Source: Chloroflexota bacterium
GTDB taxonomy: Bacteria > Chloroflexota > UBA11872
Assembly (NCBI GenBank): GCA_965198285.1
Contig: OZ240251.1
Coordinates: 2,056,620-2,120,619 of the forward strand
Direction: 5' to 3'
Length of the DNA stretch: 64,000 bases
Positions 37,279 to 44,788 of this stretch are shown piece by piece. A program made the translations under genes and the position numbers. The notes under the pieces were generated by a model that was not told where the DNA came from, searched no databases, and saw only the letters and a list, made by a program, of their open reading frames with translations. How positions within the stretch are numbered: position 1 is the first letter of the stretch; the number at the start of each line of letters is the position of its first letter.

Positions 37279-39513
37279 GTGAGCGCCACAGACCACCCGC
37301 AATCCGCCGGTCTGCTGTCCCTTGATCTCGGCGGCCTGAACAACCAGCAGCGCGCCGCCATCGACCACGTCCACGGCCCGCTGCTGGTCTTCGCGGGCGC
37401 CGGCTCCGGCAAGACCCGCGTCATCACCACTCGCGTCGCAAGCCTCATCGCATCCGGCGTCGCGCCCTGGAACATCCTGGCGGTCACCTTCACCAACAAG
37501 GCCGCCAACGAGATGCGCGAGCGCATCGTGCAGCTGGTCGGCCGCGTGGCGGGCGGGGTGCACGTGGGCACCTTCCACGGCCAGGCGCTGCGCATCCTGC
37601 GGCGCGACATCCACAACCTGGGGCGCGAGCCGGAGTTCTCCATCTACGACGCTGACGACCAGCTGCGGATGGTCAAGCAGGCCATGAGCGACGTGGGAAT
37701 CGGCCTCACCACCATTAGCCCCGTCGCCATTCGCAACGCCATTTCACGCGCCAAGGACGAACTGGCCGATCCCTACGTCTACGCCGAGCGCTCCGAAGGC
37801 TACTTCGAGGAAGCCGTCGCGCAGGTCTACCACCGCTACCAGCGGCTGCTCGACGGCGCCAACGGCGTCGACTTCGGCGACATGATCGCCTTCTGCGTGC
37901 GCCTCTTCAGGGAGTTCCCCGACCTGCGCGCCTTCTACCAGGACCGCTTCCGCTTCATCCTGGTCGACGAGTACCAGGACACCAACCGCGCCCAGTACGA
38001 GTTCGTCCGGCAACTGTCCTCAGACCGCGGCAACGTCTGCGTCGTCGGCGACGACGACCAGAGCATTTACACCTGGCGCGGCGCCGACATCCGCAACATC
38101 CTCGACTTCGAAGGCCAGTTCCCCGCCGCCAGGGTCATCCGCCTGGAGCGCAACTACCGCTCCACGGGAAACATCCTGGAGTCCGCCAACGCCGTCATTT
38201 CCAAGGTAGCCACCCGGGCCGAGAAGACTCTCTGGACCGAGCGGGAGGATGGCGAGCCGCCGGCCATCATCGAGGCCTTTGACGAAGAAGACGAGGCCCG
38301 CCAGGTCGGCAATCTGATCCGCGAACTGCGCGGCGAAGGCATCCCGCGGCAGGACATCGCCATCATCTACCGCACTAACGCCCAGTCCCGGCCGCTGGAG
38401 GAGTGGTTCGTCCGGCAGGGGCTGCCGTACCAGCTGGTCGGCGCCACCGAGTTCTACGGACGCCGCGAAGTGCGCGACGTGTTGGCTTATCTGCGGGCCG
38501 TGGCCAACCCGCGCGACCTGGTCAGCTTCGAGCGTATTGCCAACACCCCGCGCCGCGGGATTGGCGCCAAGACCCTGCAGGTGCTGCGCGAGTGGGCCGA
38601 GCGCAGCAGCCGCTCATCAGGCGAAATGACGCGCCTCCTGGCCGCCGACGCAGATTCCGGAGAGCCGGTGCAGTCCACGCTCGACAACCCCTTCGCTACC
38701 CGCGCCACCCGCGCCCTGATCGAACTTGGCCGGCTGCTGCGCCGCCTGGATACGCTGGCGGACGAGCTGCCGGTAGGTGCTCTGGTCAACGCGGTGGTGC
38801 GCGAATCGGGGTACGACGACGTGCTGGATAACGATCCCGACCGTCCCGAGGAGCGCTGGGAAAACGTCGTCGAACTTCAGACCGCCGCTTCCAAGTACGA
38901 CGGTCTTGGCCCGCGCGAGAGCCTGCGACGCTATCTCAGCGAGGCCGCCTTGGTGTCGGACGTGGACAGCCTCACGACCGACAGCGACGCGGTCACGCTG
39001 CTCACGGCCCACTCGGCTAAGGGCCTCGAGTTCGGCGTCGTGATCCTGGTGGGTCTCGAGGAGGAATTGTTCCCCCACGTACGCAGCTACGACGAACCGG
39101 CGCAGATGGACGAGGAGCGCCGGTTGGCCTACGTGGCGCTCACGCGCGCCAAGGACCGCTTGTTCCTCACCTACACGCGCCACCGCTCCGGTTGGGGCGC
39201 GCCGGTGCGGTTTCCATCGCGATTCCTGCAAGACATACCGCCCGAGCGGCTCACCTATCGGCGGCGGCTTGACGCGCGGCCGTCAGTCCTGAGTACCGGA
39301 TTCGCCGCTCCAGCGGATGAGGAGGAGCCCCATCCGCCGAAGGAACGCACCTACCGGGACGGCCAGCGCGTGCGCCATCCGGTCTTTGGCGAGGGCCTGA
39401 TCGTCGCCGGTCAGATCACCAACTTCGACGAGGAAGTCACCGTGATGTTCGAGGGCGATGTTGGCCTCAAGAAACTGGCAGTCAGCTACGCCAAGCTCGA
39501 GGCCGTGTCCTGA
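37279..39513 (+). CDS. pcrA: ATP-dependent DNA helicase PcrA/UvrD
   Basis: LN.QQRAAIDHVHGPLLVFAGAGSGKTRVIT (motif I), AVTFTNKAA.EM.ER, VDEYQDTN, YRSTGNIL, TAHSAKGLEF..V, and a C-terminal Tudor-like tail. The start is set at GTG 37279. The 114 upstream codons of the track ORF (from ATG 36937) are Pro/Arg-rich and not helicase-like. Confidence 0.85.
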   Translation: MSATDHPQSAGLLSLDLGGLNNQQRAAIDHVHGPLLVFAGAGSGKTRVITTRVASLIASGVAPWNILAVTFTNKAANEMRERIVQLVGRVAGGVHVGTFHGQALRILRRDIHNLGREPEFSIYDADDQLRMVKQAMSDVGIGLTTISPVAIRNAISRAKDELADPYVYAERSEGYFEEAVAQVYHRYQRLLDGANGVDFGDMIAFCVRLFREFPDLRAFYQDRFRFILVDEYQDTNRAQYEFVRQLSSDRGNVCVVGDDDQSIYTWRGADIRNILDFEGQFPAARVIRLERNYRSTGNILESANAVISKVATRAEKTLWTEREDGEPPAIIEAFDEEDEARQVGNLIRELRGEGIPRQDIAIIYRTNAQSRPLEEWFVRQGLPYQLVGATEFYGRREVRDVLAYLRAVANPRDLVSFERIANTPRRGIGAKTLQVLREWAERSSRSSGEMTRLLAADADSGEPVQSTLDNPFATRATRALIELGRLLRRLDTLADELPVGALVNAVVRESGYDDVLDNDPDRPEERWENVVELQTAASKYDGLGPRESLRRYLSEAALVSDVDSLTTDSDAVTLLTAHSAKGLEFGVVILVGLEEELFPHVRSYDEPAQMDEERRLAYVALTRAKDRLFLTYTRHRSGWGAPVRFPSRFLQDIPPERLTYRRRLDARPSVLSTGFAAPADEEEPHPPKERTYRDGQRVRHPVFGEGLIVAGQITNFDEEVTVMFEGDVGLKKLAVSYAKLEAVS

Positions 39514-40184
39514 CCGACCAGGCGGCCCGCTGGGCGTTTGTCTTCGATTTCGACGGCACCATCTCGCCCAACGACATGGGCCACGTCATCTTCGACGCAT
39601 TCGCCGATCCCACCTGGCGAGACATCGACGACGAGTGGATTCGCGGCGAGATCCCCACCAGCGAGCGCGCCCGCCGGCAATTCGCACTGGTGCAGGCGAC
39701 CGAACGCGAGTTCCTGGAACTCATTGAGCGACATTCCATCGACCCGGCATTCCCGCCGCTGATCGCCACGCTGCAAATGCAAGACATCCCGGTCCAGGTC
39801 GTCAGCGACGGCTTCGACGCGTACGTTAGGCCCATGCTGGCACGGGCTGGCCTGGCAGACCTGCCGTTCCAGTCCAACGGGCTGTCGTTCAGCAACGGCG
39901 CCATCCAGCTGGAGTTTCCCCACGAACGTCCAGGCCACGACCCGCGCGGCGGCTGGAAGGCCGGACCGGTGCAGGCCCTCCAGACTCAGGGCTGGCGCGT
40001 GGCCTACTCGGGCGACGGCATGAGCGATCTGGCCGCCGCGCGCGCGGCGAACTTGCTGTTCGCCCGCGCCCAGCTGGCAGACCGGTGCCAGTTCGAGCGC
40101 ATTGCCTACCATGCATTTGAAGACATGCGCGACGTCCACGACTGGGTGCGCGCCAACCTGCCGCAGCTCTTGGGGACCGAGTAA
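39510..40184 (+). CDS. HAD-IB phosphatase (MtnX / phosphoserine-phosphatase-like); probable CTG start overlapping the pcrA stop
   Basis: ARWAFVFDFDGTISPND (motif I, 39546-39560) is upstream of the first canonical start (ATG 39576). VVSDGF and SGDGMSD (motif IV) are also present. No ATG/GTG/TTG occurs in-frame from at least 39420 to 39575. CTG 39510 overlaps the pcrA TGA (cCTGA), with GAGG 7 nt upstream. Confidence 0.75.
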   Translation: MTDQAARWAFVFDFDGTISPNDMGHVIFDAFADPTWRDIDDEWIRGEIPTSERARRQFALVQATEREFLELIERHSIDPAFPPLIATLQMQDIPVQVVSDGFDAYVRPMLARAGLADLPFQSNGLSFSNGAIQLEFPHERPGHDPRGGWKAGPVQALQTQGWRVAYSGDGMSDLAAARAANLLFARAQLADRCQFERIAYHAFEDMRDVHDWVRANLPQLLGTE

Positions 40185-40190
40185 AGCCGA

Positions 40191-42083
40191 ATGACAATTC
40201 GCGAACTGGCCGAAGTCTTCGAGCGCATCGACGGCGTTTCCGGTCGCAACGCCATGATCGAGATCCTTGCCGAGCTGTACCGGCGGGTCACGCCCGAAGA
40301 AGCCGCCCAGGTCACGTACCTCATGCAGGGCCGCCTGGTTCCCAAGTTCGTCGACCTCGAATTCGGCATGGCCAGCCGCCTGCTCCTCCGCTCGATCGCC
40401 CAGGCATTCGAGGTCGAGCAGGACGAGGTCGAGGCCGCTTTCCGCGAGGCCGGCGACCTGGGACTCGCGGCGGAGGCCCTGACCCCCGTTGAGTCGATAA
40501 CTGCCTCACCGCCACCTCCCCGGGGTTGGGGACGGGCGAGGGGCGCAAGGCTCGGCCCGACTCATCGGCCGCGTCCCTTCGAACAGGGCCGGATCTATTG
40601 GCAAACCGCGGTTGGAAATCCGTCCTGGTGGGCTATTCGCCAGCGGGCGCTCGCGCAAGACTGGGCAAGGAACGTCTCCGTCGGCGGCGCTTTTGCGCGC
40701 CTGCGCGAGGTTGCCGAGGCGGAAGGCGCCGAATCGCAGGAGCGCAAAGTCGCCGGTATCGCCGCCCTGCTGCGCGATCTGGACCCGCGCGCCAACCGCT
40801 ACCTCCCGCGAATTCCCATCGGCCGCCTGCGGCTGGGTATCGGCGATCCCACGTTTATGGATGCGCTGTCGTTCGCGGGCGTCCGCGACAAGTCCGACCG
40901 CAAGGCCATCGAGCGCGCCTATAACCTCACCTGTGATCTGGGGTTGACGGCCCGCGACTATCTGCGAGGCGGGGCCGAAGCCATGGCCCGCGCCCAGGTG
41001 CGCGTCGGCAACCCGGTCCGCATGGCCCAGGCCGCCCGTATGTCCAGCGGCCAGGAGATCGTCGACAAAATCGGGTCGGCCGCCGTCGAACCGAAGCTGG
41101 ACGGCTTCCGCGTCCAGATTCATCGCGACGGCGACCATGTCCGCATCTACAGCCGCAATCTCGAGGACATGTCCCAGATGTTCCCCGACGTGTCGCAGGC
41201 CGCCCGCGCCCACCTGAAGAAACCACAGGTCATCATCGAGGGCGAGGCCATGGGTGTGAATCCCGAAACCGGTGAGTTCCTGCCCTTCCAGGTCACGACC
41301 TCGCGCCGCCGCCGGCACGGCATCGAGGCGGCGGCCAAAGAGATCCCGCTCCACGTCCACGCCTTCGACCTGCTCTACGACGGCGATAACGTGATCGAAC
41401 TGCCCTTCACCGAGCGACGGCGCCGGCTCGAAGAGATCGTAGAGAAAGAGCGCAAGGACCTTCAGGTTTCGGAGTGCATCATCACCGACGATCCGGAAGC
41501 AATAGACGTCTTCTTCAACGAGCAGGTACACGCTGGATTCGAAGGCGTCATGGCCAAGCGCCTAGACTCCGTCTACCAGGCCGGACAGCGCAACTTCAAC
41601 TGGATCAAGTACAAGGCCAGCTACTCCTCTGCCCTCTCCGACACCCTCGACTGCGTGCTGATCGGCTACTGGCGCGGCCAGGGCAAGCGCACCCCCTGGG
41701 GCATCGGCGCCCTGCTCAGTGCCGTCTGGGACGCCGACGAACAGGTCTTCAAGTCCATCGCCCGAATCGGCACCGGCTACTCCGACGAAGAATGGGTGCG
41801 CATCCGCGAAAAGCTGGACGAAATCGCCGTTGCCGACCGTCCCGCCAACGTCCACTCCGAGGTTGTGCCCGACGTGTGGACTAGCCCCGAAATCGTGGTG
41901 GAAGTGCTGGCTGACGAGCTAACCCGCAGTCCCATGCACGTGGCGGGTCGCACCGACGACGAACTCGGCCTGGCCCTCCGTTTCCCGCGCGTCATCGGCT
42001 TCGTCCGCGAGGACAAGGGCCCCGCCGACGCCACCACCGTCGCCGAAGTGCGCGATCTATTTGCCCGCCAGGGCGCGAGCTAG
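40191..42083 (+). CDS. lig: ATP-dependent DNA ligase (archaeal/eukaryotic Lig1-like three-domain type)
   Basis: DNA-binding domain, adenylation motif I EPKLDGFRVQIH, FDLLY.DG, EGVMAK, KYK, and an OB domain ending ALRFPR..G.REDK. 630 aa, which includes an insertion of roughly 55-60 aa. Confidence 0.9.
   Translation: MTIRELAEVFERIDGVSGRNAMIEILAELYRRVTPEEAAQVTYLMQGRLVPKFVDLEFGMASRLLLRSIAQAFEVEQDEVEAAFREAGDLGLAAEALTPVESITASPPPPRGWGRARGARLGPTHRPRPFEQGRIYWQTAVGNPSWWAIRQRALAQDWARNVSVGGAFARLREVAEAEGAESQERKVAGIAALLRDLDPRANRYLPRIPIGRLRLGIGDPTFMDALSFAGVRDKSDRKAIERAYNLTCDLGLTARDYLRGGAEAMARAQVRVGNPVRMAQAARMSSGQEIVDKIGSAAVEPKLDGFRVQIHRDGDHVRIYSRNLEDMSQMFPDVSQAARAHLKKPQVIIEGEAMGVNPETGEFLPFQVTTSRRRRHGIEAAAKEIPLHVHAFDLLYDGDNVIELPFTERRRRLEEIVEKERKDLQVSECIITDDPEAIDVFFNEQVHAGFEGVMAKRLDSVYQAGQRNFNWIKYKASYSSALSDTLDCVLIGYWRGQGKRTPWGIGALLSAVWDADEQVFKSIARIGTGYSDEEWVRIREKLDEIAVADRPANVHSEVVPDVWTSPEIVVEVLADELTRSPMHVAGRTDDELGLALRFPRVIGFVREDKGPADATTVAEVRDLFARQGAS
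40497..40672 (+). repeat. in-frame GC-rich insertion within the ligase DNA-binding domain (boundaries approximate)
   Basis: Encodes ITASPPPPRGWGRARGARLGPTHRPRPFEQGRIYWQTAVGNPSWWAIRQRALAQDWARN, lying between the conserved GDLG...AL segment and the V..(A)F..L.E(V)A...G..SQ..K segment. It contains a GGGGTTGGGGACGGGCGAGGGGCG motif. Confidence 0.5.
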
Positions 42084-42087
42084 GCCT

Positions 42088-43479
42088 CTAGGCGGCGAAC
42101 GGCCCCCGCGCCAGCGCTGCCGTCCTTGCGATCAAATCGCTCAGCCGCAACGTTCCGATCCCGCTGACAATCGTCTCAACCCGGTCGTGGAAGTGTTCGG
42201 TCCATTCCGCCGCCACCACCTCCGCGCCCTTGGTCGCACCCAGAATCGATCCGGCCGTGGCGCCGTTGCAGTCCGTGTCCTCCCCGCACTCCACCGCGAT
42301 CCCAACCGTCGCCGCAAAGTCCCCGCGCCCATACGCCAACCCCAGCACCACGAAGCAAGCGTTGTTAATCGTGTGAACGAAGTTGTAATGCCCGTAGTTC
42401 TCGTCCACTCGCTCCCACGCGTCCTGCCAGTCCGCGTACTCCTCGCTCCAGGCCAGCGTGTTCGTCAGCGCCGCGTGCAGCCGGCTCTTGGCCGGAATCT
42501 GGTCCATCCCGGCGCGAACCGCCTCCAGCGGATTGTCCAGGCTGAACGCCGCGGCGATCGTTGCGGCGGCCCACATCTCGCCGTAAATGCCGTTCTTGAC
42601 GTGAGACAGCGCCGCGTCGCGAAATGCCAGCGCCCCGGCGGCTTCCGGCCGTCCCGGATGCACGTAGCCCAGCACGTCGGCCCGAATCTGTGCGCCGATC
42701 CACTCGCGATACGGGTTACGCGCCGTGGCCGCCTCGCTGGTCGGCAGCCCCAGCACCAGGTTCCGGTACGCGGCTCGCTCAGCCGTGTACACCCTCCAGT
42801 ACGGGAGCAGTTCCAGCCACGCCTGACCGAAGTCGGCCGTCGTCACGCCGGGGCCATAGGTCTCCAGGATTTCGAGCGCCAGGATGCAATAGTCGATGTC
42901 GTCGTCGCGCGGCACGCCGTCGATGCGCCCCTGCGCTGAATACACCGCCGAGGGGTGCCACGCGCGTCCCGTCGGGTTCGGTTCCAGGTACGGAACGTAG
43001 AAGCGCAGGTCGCCAATGTCGGCGGCGTCCAGCAGTTCTCGAATCTCAGCCCGCGACCAGCCTTCCACCGGCTTGCCCAACGTGCAGCCCGCGCAGCGCC
43101 CCACCCAGGCGCCGCGCAACCGCCGTTCGTAGTCGCCGTCGTCTGCCGGCGGGATGGGTCGAGATACCGGACGCGCGGCCTGAATCGCGGCCAGATCGCT
43201 CGGTTCCGCGAAGGGGAAGTCAATTCGTGGCGGCGAGTTTTCCAACCGGGCCAGGTATGCCTCGGCGGTGGCCTCATCCATCGACAAGACATCAGCCGAT
43301 TCCACCTCGGCGTGAACGTCCTCGATGTCGCGGCCTTCCTCGTCGAGTTGAATCAGCTCGTCCACCAGCGTCTTGCGCAATGACACCGCCGGATCGTCGG
43401 GTCGCCGACGCTTGAACTGGTCCACCAGCTGCTGGTCAATCTGCTCCCGAAGCTTTGCAATTTTCATCAAGCTGCTCAT
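42088..43479 (-). CDS. ADP-ribosylglycohydrolase family protein with N-terminal extension
   Basis: GAWVGRCAGCTLGKPVEGW, DDDIDYCILALE, and ECGEDTDCNGATAGSILGA, the metal-binding motifs of the family. Confidence 0.8.
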   Translation of the reverse strand: MSSLMKIAKLREQIDQQLVDQFKRRRPDDPAVSLRKTLVDELIQLDEEGRDIEDVHAEVESADVLSMDEATAEAYLARLENSPPRIDFPFAEPSDLAAIQAARPVSRPIPPADDGDYERRLRGAWVGRCAGCTLGKPVEGWSRAEIRELLDAADIGDLRFYVPYLEPNPTGRAWHPSAVYSAQGRIDGVPRDDDIDYCILALEILETYGPGVTTADFGQAWLELLPYWRVYTAERAAYRNLVLGLPTSEAATARNPYREWIGAQIRADVLGYVHPGRPEAAGALAFRDAALSHVKNGIYGEMWAAATIAAAFSLDNPLEAVRAGMDQIPAKSRLHAALTNTLAWSEEYADWQDAWERVDENYGHYNFVHTINNACFVVLGLAYGRGDFAATVGIAVECGEDTDCNGATAGSILGATKGAEVVAAEWTEHFHDRVETIVSGIGTLRLSDLIARTAALARGPFAA

Positions 43480-44609
43480 CCCGCCGCGCCTTCAGCCGGG
43501 CGCGGCGCCGCTTGGCCTTGGCCTGTCCGGCCTGGGATCCAGCGTAGAGCCGCCAGCACGGCAATTTGCGCCACGGCCAGCAGCATGAAGGCCATGTTCA
43601 GCCCGGCAACGTCGCCCACGAAGCCGGTCACCGGATTGCCGATTGCCGCCGCGCCAAACGAAACGCCGAGAATGACGCCGGTGCCTATACCCATGTGGGC
43701 GGGGACCAGCCGCTGCATCAGGAGCACGGTGGGGGTGAAGCCGGCCCCGATCAGCGCGCCGACGAAGGCGACCGTTACATACGACGAGGCGCCGACCGGC
43801 AGCAAGGCGAACGCGGTCACTGCTGGGACCATCAGCAGCGATGAGTAGCCGATCATGCGGCGGACCCCCAGGCGGTCGGCCAGCACGCCGCCGCTGAACG
43901 CGCCGGCGGCGTGGAATCCCAGGTACACCGCAAGCATCGATCCCGCGAAGCCCGGGTCGGGTCGGTCCGGAGAAACGAAGAACGGGATGTAGATGTTGAG
44001 GCTGGCATAGGCCCACCCGCGGACCAGCGCGACGACCAGGACCGCCGCGAGCGGGGCGCCGATGCGGCCCAGCGAGCCGATACCGCCATAGCGTTCCGTG
44101 CTCCTCGTGCTGGAGAAGCCACGCAGACCGAGAGGAATAAAGGCGGCCACAACGAGCGCCGGCAGAGCCAGCAGCGGCATCCAGTCCAGGCCACTAGCCG
44201 CGAGAACCGCTCCGGCCGCCAGCGGCGCCACAGTGAAGCCCAGGTGCCCGCCCAGGAAGAACGTGGAAACGCCGGCGCCCTTGTGCTGGCGCGACGCCTC
44301 GTTGGCGATGGCGCCGCCCTGGGGGTGATACCCGCCCACCACGATGCCGGCGGCCCCAAGCAACAGCAAGAGCGCGCCATAGGACGGCACGAGTGGGACG
44401 AACGCCACCAGCACGGCCATCGTTGCGATAGTGCCCGCCGCCAGCCAGCGCCGTCCGAAGCGGTCGCCGAGGTAGCCGAAGATCGGCTGCGACGTGGAGG
44501 ACGTAATGGCCCAGACGGCCGACGCCACGCCCACGATTCCCAGCGACAGCTCCAGGCGCTGCGCCAGAAACGGATACATCATCGTCGGCAACTGCGCCGT
44601 GAAGTCCAC
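43476..44609 (-). CDS. MFS transporter (N-terminus possibly longer)
   Basis: 12-TM-like profile with GYLGDRFGRR (MFS motif A). The open frame upstream of GTG 44609 encodes ISWFNSARRWVATVALGHFA, which looks like the first half of TM1. Confidence 0.8.
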   Translation of the reverse strand: MDFTAQLPTMMYPFLAQRLELSLGIVGVASAVWAITSSTSQPIFGYLGDRFGRRWLAAGTIATMAVLVAFVPLVPSYGALLLLLGAAGIVVGGYHPQGGAIANEASRQHKGAGVSTFFLGGHLGFTVAPLAAGAVLAASGLDWMPLLALPALVVAAFIPLGLRGFSSTRSTERYGGIGSLGRIGAPLAAVLVVALVRGWAYASLNIYIPFFVSPDRPDPGFAGSMLAVYLGFHAAGAFSGGVLADRLGVRRMIGYSSLLMVPAVTAFALLPVGASSYVTVAFVGALIGAGFTPTVLLMQRLVPAHMGIGTGVILGVSFGAAAIGNPVTGFVGDVAGLNMAFMLLAVAQIAVLAALRWIPGRTGQGQAAPRPAEGAAG

Positions 44610-44788
44610 CGCGAAGTGCCCCAGGGCGACCGTGGCAACCCAACGCCGGGCGGAGTTGAACCAGGAAATCTGTTGGCCCTCTCCCCTAAGCGCGGCCGCA
44701 GGCGCGTCCGGGCGCGATGGTACATTCGAGAGTCGTGCGCGCCGTACCCCCGCGGCGCGAATTCCCCAGAAGTCGGAGCCGTTTCCGC

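Noticed and set aside
40497-40672. Intein or intron explanation for the inserts in lig and gatB.
   Set aside because: The inserts are only about 50-60 codons, lack intein splicing motifs (Cys/Ser...HN-Cys/Ser/Thr), and stay in-frame without the structural hallmarks of group I/II introns.
40506-41531. 341-aa reverse ORF.
   Set aside because: It is antisense to the DNA ligase.
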